A stretch of DNA of 64,000 nucleotides from Stegostoma tigrinum (lineage: Eukaryota). The position numbers and the translations under genes were made by a program. Below are positions 26,639 through 37,803 of this stretch, in pieces. Where the stretch lies: NCBI RefSeq assembly GCF_030684315.1, contig NC_081396.1, forward strand, positions 4,836,001 through 4,900,000, in the 5' to 3' direction. Each line of letters begins with the position of its first letter. Positions within the stretch are counted from its first letter, which is position 1. Under the pieces are notes generated by a model. The model did no database searches, was not told where the DNA came from, and saw nothing but the letters and a program-made list of their open reading frames with translations.

Positions 26639-28023
26639 GTAAGTGTTGTGGGAATGGGGCAAACAGATATGTGTGCTTTATGTAAATACGGCCTTATTCG
26701 TAAGAATTTTCACAGAATTATAGATCTGTACAGCAGAGAAAATGGTACTGTGGCGCTTCTAGTACATACAAATCAAAGAAAACTACCCAACTGTTCGAGT
26801 TCAATTTGTCAACAATTGCCTTGTTGATTTGACATTGCAAGTCTCGGCCTCAATACTTCTGACATATTGTGAGGGCTTCAGCTTCAATAAGACTCGCAGG
26901 CACTCAGCTCCAATTCCAACATTGTCTGGACGATTTATTCCACTCAAAACACCCTGCCCTTGTCTGAAAACTATGTACCTTATTGCAAGGTTTGGGTTAT
27001 TTAAGTTTCAGGGAAAGGCTGAATAAGATGCAATTAATTTCCAGAGAGAGTCAAAGTCTGGAGACCTGACAGAAGTATATCAAATCATTAGGAATATGGA
27101 CAGAGTGAACAGTGAATATTTTCGGGACAACTGAGCTGAGTTTGACTGTCTTCTGGTTCCATGGTTTGTTCTTTGTTCCCTCTTGACCCATGGTACATGC
27201 ATTTGGGATATCCCCTGTGGCCAAAGAGGAATTCAAAATTATTGCCATCACCTCAACCACTTCCTCCTGTTCCTCACTCAACAGCCCTGGATACATTTCA
27301 TCCATCCCGTAATACAACAATGAGCTTCCACTCATCTAATACATGTTTCTTAAAGCAAATCACAAACCTTCTCCATGACTCCTGTACCCGCATTGTCTGA
27401 AAATTTGCTGATGTAGCTGCTCTCTTATATATCTCGGACCTGTAAAGGGGGCAATCGTGCTCTCCCAGCAGACTTTATTTTGTTTTACTTTGGTTTTTCA
27501 GTTCTTTTTATTTGCCTTCATTTGTGGAGATGTCTATGATTTCATTCCTCGTTGCTGCTGAAAATGGCCTGCTCAATATTGCAAAAGACACTGCACCCCC
27601 ACCCCCACTCCATTTTATTACTCACCGTGTCTCGCCTGAAGGCTCTATATCCTGGAATAATGTGCCCTGCCCCTCTCTCAACATATCTCCATTATTTCAA
27701 TTATTTAATTTCCTCATTTATGTCTTCAACTCTTCGGACTCCTTTCATTAGAAAGTGTCCTGTCCAACATTATTATTTCGCTTTTGATTTGACTGATGTA
27801 TAATTTCTGTACCATATTTACTACTTGCTGTTTCTTCCAATTTTAGCATTTGATATCAACCTGCTAATCTTTCTGCTTCAATGCCAGCTTTTGCAGTATT
27901 CTGCATAATTAGGATCATTGCAATGTATAGGCCAGTATCTACTGACCACAAAGAAGCTTGATAGCTAAGAATTGACTGCATTTGTTCTCAAATCAGATAA
28001 TTTACATGATCTGTTTTCTTCAG

Positions 28024-28338
28024 GTTCATCACGTCATGTCACTCCGACTGTTCTCCTAACTGTGAGTTCCAGTGAAGAAATCGAGAGCAGAAGATTTGCA
28101 ACCATTGTCTGTTCAATCATTAACTTTAATCCAAAGTCAGTCTCCGTGATTTGGCTGAAGAATGGAAGACGCGTGCATTCTGGCATCTTCACTTCTCCTG
28201 TGTGTGAAGCGAATGGAAACTTCTCAACGACCAGTCGCCTCAGAGTCCCTGATGTTGAATGGTTCGACAAAGCAGTCTACACATGCCAGGTCTATCATGA
28301 AGGATTCATTCAAAGTCAGAACATCAGCGGACCTCAGG
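28024..28338 (+). CDS. IGHM: IgM Cmu2 exon
   Basis: ttcttcag acceptor and gtaag donor, 315 nt. Reads [23 protein letters not shown]...[14 protein letters not shown]. Confidence 0.95.
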
Positions 28339-29097
28339 GTAAGACATGCAGACCTACAGAAGGGATAATCATTCTGACCACTGATGTAAATCATACACAA
28401 ATTTATCAGACTTCATGAACAGTATTGAACAAAAATCTAATTTGAGATCATGCACCGTGTATCTCATTTCTTTTTGAGTTTTATGGCTGCATTGCTCATA
28501 ATTCAAATCAGAGAAACATGCTTCCTTCTGTACTGAAGACATGTGACAGTTAACTGGATTCATTACTGTTTGACAATAGTTTGAGAGGGAGTAGGAATGC
28601 AGGATCCATTGCTGATAGCGGCTTCTAGGATAAGGAGGTTGAATGGGCGAGCCATCAATGAGAGATCTCGTTGAAATTAGAAAACACTGAGAGACCAAGA
28701 TAGCGTGGAAGTGGAGGAGATGTTTTCACGAGTAGGTTGACTATGTCCTGACCCACAACCTCAGAGTCAAAGGGAGTAACATATAAACCTGGACCAAAGA
28801 GGAATATCTTCAGCCAGGGAGAGATGAATCTGTGGCTATCACTGGCCCGGAGGGCTGTGAGGTCAAGTCATTGAGCATTTCAGATAGAGATAGATTGGCT
28901 GGTGCTTAGTACGGGGAGAAGGCGGGAGAATGGGGTTGAGAAACATCTCAATCACGATCAAATGGCAGAGCAGACTTGATTGACTGAATAGTCTGATTCT
29001 GTTCCTAGCTCTTTCGATTTTGTGGTCAGAAGATGGCATTGTAAGATCTGAAGTGACCAATATTTGAAAATAACATAAAATGCTTTCAATGATAAAA

Positions 29098-29313
29098 GAT
29101 AATGGGAACTGCAGATGCTAGAGAATCCGAGATAACGAAGTGTGGAGCTGGATGAACACAGCAGGCCAGCAGCATCTTAGGAGCACAAAGGCTGACGTTT
29201 TGGGCCTAGACCATTCATCAGAGACTGGGGCTCTAGGTCCAAAACGTCAGCTTTTGTGCTCCTAAGATGCTGCTTGGACTGCTGTGTTCATTCAGCTCCA
29301 CACTTTGTTATCT
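29098..29313. mobile_element. Non-coding hairpin remnant of Penelope-type terminal repeat
   Basis: Inverted arms (gctggatgaacacagcag / ctgctgtgttcattcagc) of the same family as the termini of 31996-33365; an imperfect taaaatgc.ttca.tg direct repeat flanks it. Confidence 0.7.
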
Positions 29314-30522
29314 AAAATGCATTCACTGTTTCATTCCAAACTCAGGAATTATTTGTTGACTTTGAGCATTTTTTGCCATTTTTTAACATGTTACGGGGGC
29401 TCTTTTTCTTCAATCATGACACCGAAACAGAGACCAAATGAGAATGACATTTGATTAACAAGGACAAGCATGATCTAATCGAGCCCATTTTTTGACGATT
29501 TCTGTAATTAGTGGATGTGGCAGGACATAAAAGAAAATCGGGTGGGAAAGCCACAATTGAAATGAATGAAATAGGTATTAGAGCCTGCATCTTTTAGCGT
29601 GGTTTCAGGATGGATATGTTTACACAGTCAGTAGTGGAAGACTGAAATTTACCAATGCAAATGTCAGGTGAGTTTGCACATCAATATACAACTCTCACTG
29701 TTGGATTAATTTTTGTTCTGTGAAGAACTTAAAAATTGCAGTTTGCTAAATAAGGTGAAAGGAAATCTCATTCATTTACACACTGAATATGGCGTGTTGG
29801 GGTGAAGTCTTCAGGTGGCGAGCGTCCTACTATATTTCTGATGCTGTATTCAGTGCCCCATTCCCAGGTCTACTCCAAATTTGGCACACGATGAATAATA
29901 TTTCATGAGCTATTTTAGAGAGCAATCTCACAACAATAATGCAAGTTATTTTCCAATTCATTAAATCACATTGAACAGAATTTCCGTGGAAGTTCACCAC
30001 TCCTGTAACATATTAAAATCTCTATAGTTGCACTATAAATAAGAGAGTAACTACTTTTGATTATAGTTTTTCTGAAATTAGGATTTGATTTGGTAATCAG
30101 CGTAACCAACAACATTTGCACGCATGTTTCTTGAATGCAAATTTAATTCATTATGGAGATTGGAGATTAGTTTTGCCAAAGGCATCAATAGTTGGTCTCA
30201 AGTGAAAGAAGAACTCTGAAAAGAAGGTTACTCCATGCGTTAAATCATGGTACCATTGCTGATTTTATTTTGTTACATGGGATTCACTTGTTCGAATGCT
30301 AGCTTTCTTTGGGACTAAATGCACAGAGCATTTTATAGGTAATCAAGAATCTTTTTTTCACAAATCAAAATATATGAACAAAAGTGAGTATCATTTCAGG
30401 AATAATTGGAAGTTGTCATCTCGAAGGTGATTTCATTCTATTTTGACTAAATAGACTGAACACTGGTGTTTCGTTTCTCAAAAGGTATTTTTCCATGGAT
30501 TCTGTTTTCTGCTTCATTGCAG

Positions 30523-30828
30523 TTTCAGCGTGCCGTGATTACACAGCTAAAATACTACCGCCACCAGTTGAACAGGTCTTACTGGACGCGACAGTGACGT
30601 TAACCTGCATTGTGTGCAATCTTCATTTTGAAGCCAACTTCACCTGGATAAACAACAAGAAGACTCTGAAATCAGAGACTGTTGAACAGTCCAGACAGAA
30701 TTCTGAAGGTGTGATCAGCAAATTAGATATTTCTACTGAAGCCTGGCTGAGAGGGGATAATTTTGAATGCGTGGTGAACCATCAGTTTCTGCCGACTCCA
30801 CTGAGAGACTCCATCCACAAGGAGAAAT
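30523..30828 (+). CDS. IGHM: IgM Cmu3 exon
   Basis: cattgcag acceptor and gtgag donor, 306 nt. Reads ILPPPVEQVLLDATVTLTCIV...FTW...EAWLRGDNFECVVNHQFLPTP. Confidence 0.95.
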
Positions 30829-31278
30829 GTGAGTTGCAGAATGAAAGCACAAAGCATGAGTAATTTAGACCTAATTACAACGACGGCATGGTTTGATTGG
30901 TAATAAAGTAACACCATTGGAAGCATTAATGATGCATTTCCTGGTAAAAAAAAAACTAAATAACAGATTAAGAAAGTAAACGGATTCACGGATATTCTGA
31001 TATGATTATGTCAAAAAAAAGGAAGAAAAATTAAGTTTTGTGGTATAAACACCAGTGACGACAAATTGACGAAATTTCCTGGCTCTGGGCTGTGAACATG
31101 GAGATGGCTTTTGAACTTTATTTTGTAGTGAATAAAATGGATATCTTTCTGCTCCTTAAAAAAAAATGAAGTGAATGAATCCCAAATTAAACTAGACTAG
31201 TTGAATATTGGGTGAAATCCCAAGATTGTTTCTTAATTTTTTTAAAAATAATTTATATTTGTTTCAAATATTTTGCAG

Positions 31279-31670
31279 TGATATATCCACTGGAGCCATC
31301 GGTGTCCGTCCTCCTGCCAACGACAGAAGAAGTCTCCACACAGCGGTTTGTTTCACTCACCTGTTTAGTGAGAGGTTTCAGGCCCAGAGAGATCTTCGTC
31401 AAGTGGACAGCCAATGACAAGCCCATTCATCCCAGTAACTACAAGAACACCGAGGTGACGGCAGAGAGCAACAACACCTCATTCTTCCTGTACAGCCTAT
31501 TATCCATTGCAGCGGAGGAGTGGGCCAGCGGTGCTTCTTACTCCTGTGTGGTGGGACATGAAGCGATTCCATTCAAGATCATCAATAGAACGGTTGATAA
31601 ATCCAGCGGTAAACCGAGTTTTGTGAATATTTCACTTGCATTGATGGACACCATTAATTCATGCCAATGA
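31279..31670 (+). CDS. IGHM: IgM Cmu4 exon plus secretory tailpiece
   Basis: Reads [26 protein letters not shown]...[38 protein letters not shown]. The tailpiece has the NIS sequon and penultimate Cys; an internal donor (g|gtaaac, 31609) serves the membrane form. Confidence 0.96.
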
Positions 31671-31697
31671 AAATTTCAAGGTTACACGTAAGAATTC

Positions 31698-31703
31698 AAT
31701 AAA
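31698..31703 (+). terminator. Polyadenylation signal of secreted mu mRNA
   Basis: AATAAA ~28 nt after the stop codon, followed by GT/T-rich sequence. Confidence 0.8.
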
Positions 31704-31995
31704 AGAAATGAAGTGGTTTCTTTCTTCCAATTTTTATTTAAATAGACAATTGTTTAAGTTGTTGTATTTCCCACTTGTAATCATATTCTGTCCTTCCAGT
31801 TAAAGTCAATAGTAAGCAGGACTAGGACTCTTGTCTTGTGCACTTAATGCTCCCAGCTCAGAATCATTCTGGTTCAGTGATAGACTAAAATTCATTCATT
31901 GCAGGGCTCTGCAAAGTACCTTCTCCATTTTAAATCATGCTGTGATGAAAATTGACAATTTCCATTTTATGACAAATGAACACCATGAATTTTGA

Positions 31996-33365
31996 GATAA
32001 TGGGAACTGCAGATGCTGGAGAATCCAAGATCATAAATGTGAGGCTGGATGAACACAGCAGGCCAAGCAGCATCTCAGGAGCACAAAAGCTGATGTTTCA
32101 TTGTGGCACTGCAGGAGGCCCATGATGGACACCTCCGCCGCATCTGCTCCCACGATGAGACATTCCACTCCCGCACATCCCAGATGTCCAAGTTCTTCAA
32201 GGACCGCAACTTTCCCCTCACAGTGGTCGGGAACGCCCTTGACCGCGTCTCCCGTATTTCCCGCACCACATCCCTCACACCCCGCCCCCGCCACAACCAC
32301 CCAAAGAGGATCCCCCTCGTTCTCACACACCACCCCACCAACCTCCGGATACAACGCATCATTCTCTGACACTTCCGCCACGTACAATCCGACCCCACCA
32401 CCCAAGACATTTTTCCATCCCCACCCCTGTCTGCTTTCCGGAGAGACCACTCTCTCCGTGACTCCCTTGTTCACTCCACACTGCCCTCCAACCCCACCAC
32501 ACCCGGCACCTTGCCCTGCAACCGCAGGAAATGCTACACTTGCCCCCACACCTCCTCCCTCACCCCTATCCCAGGCCCCAAGATGACATTCCACATTAAG
32601 CAGAGGTTCACCTGCACATCTGCCAATGTGGTATACTGCATCCACTGTACTCGGTGTGGCTTCCTCTACATTGGTGAAATCAAGCGGAGGCTTGGGGACC
32701 GCTTTGCAGAATACCTCCGCTCAGTTCGCAACAAACAACTGCACCTCCCAGTCGCAAACCACTTCCACTCCCCCTCCCATTCTTTAGATGACATGTCCAT
32801 CATGGGCCTCCTGCAGTGCCACAATGATGCCACCCGAAGGTTGCAGGAACAGCAACTCATATTCCGCCTGGGAACCTTGCAGCCTAATGGTATCAATGTG
32901 GACTTCACCAGTTTCAAAATCCCCCCTTCCCCCACCGCATCCCTAAACCAGCCCTATTCGTCCCCTCCCCCCACTGCACCACACAACCAGCCCAGCTCTT
33001 CCCCTCCCGCCACTGCATCCCAAAACCAGTCCAACCTGTCTCTGCCTCCCTAACCTGTTCTTCCTCTCAGCCATCCCTTCCTCCCACTCCAAGCCTCACC
33101 CCCATCTACCTACTAACCTCATCCCAACTCCTTGACCTGTCCGTCTTCCCTGGACTGACCTATCCCCTCCCTACCTCCCCACCTATACTCTCTCCACCTA
33201 TCTTCTTTTCTCTCCATCTTCGGTCCGCCTCCCCCCCCTCCCTATTTTTTCCAGAACCCTCACCCCATCCCCCTCTCTGATGAAGGGTCTAGGCCAGAAA
33301 CGTCAGTTTTTGTGCTCCTGAGATGCTGCTTGGCCTGCTGTGTTCATCCAGCCTCACATTTTATT
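31996..33365 (+). mobile_element. Penelope-like retroelement (second family), 5'-truncated, with inverted terminal repeat
   Basis: ORF 32511-33053 has FTCTSANVVYCIHCTRCGFLYIGEIKRRLGDRFAE (GIY-YIG). The ends are inverted (~32035-32099 vs ~33297-33362), and a 14-bp target duplication accatgaattttga lies at 31982-31995 and 33366-33379. Confidence 0.92.
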
Positions 33366-35617
33366 ACCATGAATTTTGATCTTGGTTCCTTTGATTCCAC
33401 AATCACTCATGTCTAGAAATTTCAGGCCAGCTTTTAACAGCCCCGTTTCAGCAGCTGGGAATATAACCTTTAATGACATTTAGGATTAATTTTGATTGGG
33501 ACACACCAACAAGAAAATATTGCTTTGGGTACCAATCATATAGAGTTCACAGTAACTTGAATTTATCCTTTTATCGGTGGTATGCCAGAGATCTCACACC
33601 AGTGCATCGGTTGTCAGAATATACCTTCACTTCCACAACAAAGAGAACAGAAAGAAATATTGTTATTATTCTAGTTTATGTTCCATTGTCTTGACTTAAA
33701 ATCCTGGAAACCGTGGGATCAGATTTAGCATACAAACACTGGGCATTATTTTCCTTCACTTGCCTTGTGCATGTTTTACATACAACATACTCAGAAATGT
33801 TGTTATACATCTCTGGCACGGTGGGGATTTGGCCTTAGGCCCTTCACCTCGAAGACAGAAATTCTGTCTTGCAACAAGAGCCATTCGCAGAGCGCTTATA
33901 TCTCCACAATGGCGAGAAAATGTTCCCAACACCATCAGGGTCAGAACTAATCATTGGCCATCGACTAAAATTGCAAAGCAATAAAACAAGTGTGGTATAA
34001 AAGCAGAAACAAACACAGATGGAGGCAAACACTCACAAACGCTCTAAAGACACACAGATACAAGCTCTCACCTAAAGGGGCATAATTATGTGCAAACACA
34101 AATACGCACACAGCTAAGCCGTCACACACAAAAACATGTACAGAAGCACATTTGGTTATGATACATGAGCTTTCATATAAGCCCTCACAAAATGACCAGT
34201 GCATTGAAAGAAACACATACAAATAAACAGGCATAACCGCACGAAATCATGAAAAAACATAGACACATGGTAGCATTCAAATGCTCATGAATGCATATAT
34301 ATTCATACACCATAATATGTACAGAAATGCATGTATAAACACAAGCATAAATACCGGAGATATATCCTCCCATATGTGCACCCATACAGACACATGTGAG
34401 CGCAGAGATAAACTTTAATTTCATTATTATCCAACTTGCAGAAATATAGACATCTGATGAAGGAGGCAGCTTAGTTACTTATTTGATACACATTCGCGCA
34501 TAAACACAATTTATAAGTGTCATATGCAGGCACAGAAGTACATTGATCAGTACACAGTGGGATATTTGCACAAAAGGGGAATGGCACAACATCAATAAAC
34601 ATTCAGACGCAGTAGCACAAAAAAATCGTATAAGGAGATGGCTTAGGGTGCATTGACATGGATATCATATCATCATATAAATATAAACATCAATCAATAC
34701 ATGAAGTTACATCCGAACATAACATATTTATGGAGTACAAACATGAAAATAATTTAAGTCTGGTAGAGTCTGAAATTGAGACATAAACACACAATTCCAA
34801 TAGCAATATGCAAAAAAATCACAATGTCATGAAAAAGTAAACATAAGTATCGATGAATGAAGTGTCATATTAACTTGATGATGCTTACACATTTCGAAAT
34901 GAACATAAATTACCTAAAAAAAACACAAAGATGTGAATGAATACACAATCACCAAAGCAACATGAATATGTTCAGTCATGCATAAGCTCCAATGTGGAAA
35001 AATCTGAAGGAAGAGACACTCATAACCACAAACCCAAACAAGAAAGGAAAAACCTACACACCAAGCGAGAGACAAGAATAAACTAAGGGACAGATCGCAA
35101 AAAATGTCTTCGTGCAAGTAGATAATGCAAACAAATATATGGAACAATGATCTTACTCTGGATACAATTTATGCTCATGACTTATCAAGCAATTAATCAC
35201 ATATAAATAAAGAAAACAAGTAATCACATTTGAGCTCATATTCAATGACCACAATTTTCAACGTAACAGCTGTCACTGCCAATATTGGAAATAAAATGAT
35301 ATAATTAATTTAATCGTTCACCATCAGTATACATGGAATGATAATAATTATTATATTCTCCAAGAACAGTCTAAATGATGAAATGCGTCAAAATGTTCAG
35401 ATATGGATAACAAAGGAAGAACATGTGCAAATAGTGTTAGCAAGTCATTGCTGACAGTAACTAACACGGCAATACATAGAGTTCAATAGACAAATCTGAG
35501 AGCAACCTGACTTTTTAAAGAGGATGCAATGGTCCCTGATTGTATTATTTAGATAAAGATATATTAGACTGGATGAATGAACAATCTAAACTCATTGTCT
35601 CGGCCATATATTCATAG

Positions 35618-35745
35618 ATTCGAGAGATCATGATTGGATTGAAGACGTTGACGATGATAACAGCCACATCAGGACAACTGCTTCTACATTCATTACCTTG
35701 TTCTCCCTGAGCATCTTCTACAGTGCTGCTGTCACGTTCGTGAAG
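35618..35745 (+). CDS. IGHM: IgM TM1 exon
   Basis: ttcatag acceptor. Reads DSRDHDWIEDVDDDNSHIRTTASTFITLFSLSIFYSAAVTFVK (acidic spacer plus conserved antigen-receptor TM motif), followed by a gtaag donor. Confidence 0.93.
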
Positions 35746-35886
35746 GTAAGAATACTGAAATCATTCACAATTCAAACAGACAATTGTGGTTTGTGAAATC
35801 TGGACGTGAGTCATTGAATTACAATTAAAACCTGAATGCCCAGATCATAAATATCTAAATTGTTACCTTATCACTCTTTTTTTCAG

Positions 35887-35895
35887 GTTAAGTGA
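35887..35895 (+). CDS. IGHM: IgM TM2 exon (VK-stop)
   Basis: ttttttcag|GTT AAG TGA completes the KVK cytoplasmic tail. Confidence 0.92.
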   Translation, partial: VK

Positions 35896-37514
35896 ATGAA
35901 TTTTGGACCCCGTAGAATTTCCTCTTTTTTTTCAAGACCGTTGAATTCCAACTGTACAACCAGTTCTGTTGTTGAAACTAGCAGTGAGATAAATTCAGTT
36001 TATGAGTGATTAACTGTGAAAATAATTGGTGGGTTTTCAATTTACCTTGTTTGGTATCGTCAAGATAGTTATTGTTGTAATAATTTGTAGCTTCCCAATT
36101 ATTTGAAGTTAATTTGTGCTGTTGTCGTTGTTATTCCTTATTCAGAATTGTTGTTTGTCTTTTATTTTGAGCCCATATTTTATTTTTTTTCTGATGATTG
36201 TTACCAATGAGCATAAAATTCAGAGCTCAGACAGCATGTGTTATCATCTGAATGTGGCATCAAGTTATTATGTTAATGTTTGGTAATTGGGTAATATAAA
36301 TCCTTTCTGACAACAGCTGTTTCAAAACACCAATTAAGATTTTCCTTGGCCAGATCTGATGCATTGGTCTGCCTGGAGCACCAAAGGCTAAGTAATTATG
36401 TCAATTTCAATTTCTCAATTTAAAATTTAATCCTTAAACGTGAATGTTATACCAAGAGACTAATGATCAACTTAAATGCATGCAACCATTACACATTGTG
36501 CAAATTCACAAAATTAAAATGAATTGCTCACTGAATTAAATTGGATACACACAGAGATTCTTCCAAACTATTGGAGCAAGAATCGCATACTTTCGCTGCT
36601 GCTGGAATTGTTAAACGTGCAAAGTGTCTGAAAGAAATACACAGGCAGATTTACAGTGTGAAAATCGAAATAACAAAAGACATTGATAGTGTACAAAATA
36701 TTATGTACATACTGACCATAGAAGCAGTGATGATAAATGTGGGAGATGTTCGGACAGATTTCCGTGGTTACTCTGTGACAGACAGTGAAGTCGTTCATGA
36801 TCCATCGCAACATTTCTTTCAAAGCATCTCACCAGGCTCATATACTTTTGAATGTCCCGAATAATCCAAAGTTCACAGCACAGTTTACAGGAGATTTAAT
36901 TGTTTGAAACATTCACTGCTTTCAAATAAGCTTCACTTTGTCCAATTTTGAGTTGTTTCAATTGCCAATTATATTTGACCAGCGTCTGAATGTTTCCAAT
37001 TCTTTCTCAGTGGAAGCAGTTTTTTTTCGTTCCCCTGTCCAACTCTGCTAACATCTGTCAGGATTTTAAGAAATTCAAACAAATTGAAAATTGTAGTTCA
37101 ACAAAGGAGAATTTCCCAACTTTGCAACATCAGTGAGGTGCATCATCCCAGGAAAGGTGTTGTGATTTAGCGATGCCACAGTCTCCTGACTTCGTATTCT
37201 TCAAAAAAAAGGGACATCTCAAACTGGGCACAGTTTTCCAGGGGAGATGAGCGGCTGTTTTATTTAAGTTTAACATAATTCCTTCCCTTTGTTCCATTCA
37301 GCGGTATTAATGAAGAAATGTGTTTTCTCCTCTTCCCCCAACACGTCATGGTACTTTCCCTGATTTCTGCACACTTTCAGAGAGGATCCTTAGCAGATTG
37401 GATGACTGAGCAAATCATTCCCATTCGCTGAGCAATTGAATGGCTTCTTCCCAGTATCAAGTCATTGAATGTAATGAATTTACATAGCTGCCTGCACATC
37501 CTTCCACAGGCACG

Positions 37515-37803
37515 GGGCAGCACGATGGCTCAGTGGTTAGCACTGCAGCCTCACAGCACCAGGGACCCGGGTTCGATTCCCGCCTCGGGTGACTGTCTGC
37601 GTGGAGTTTGCACATTCTCCTCGTGTCTGCGTGAGGTTCCTCCGTGTGCTCCGGTTTACTCCCACAATCCAAAGATGTGCAGGTTAGGCGGATCGGCCAT
37701 GATAAATTTCCCGTAGTGTTGAGGGGTGCGTGGGTTCTGGGTGGGATGTTTCAAGGGGTGGTATGGACTTGTTGGGCCAAAGGGTCTGTTTCCACACTGT
37801 AGA
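37515..37803 (+). mobile_element. Shark SINE (HE1-like)
   Basis: A/B boxes and core match the copy at 15321. Confidence 0.88.

Noticed and set aside
26339-31670. Assignment as IgM1gj, IgW or IgNAR
   Set aside because: Four mu-type C exons including Cmu2, a mu tailpiece and an unjoined JH indicate conventional IgM constant structure.
33980-35150. Cys/Val-rich minus-strand ORFs
   Set aside because: These are translations of decayed AC-rich low-complexity sequence.
36541-36864. 107-aa ORF and a hydrophobic antisense frame downstream of TM2
   Set aside because: No convincing splice sites or domain motifs.
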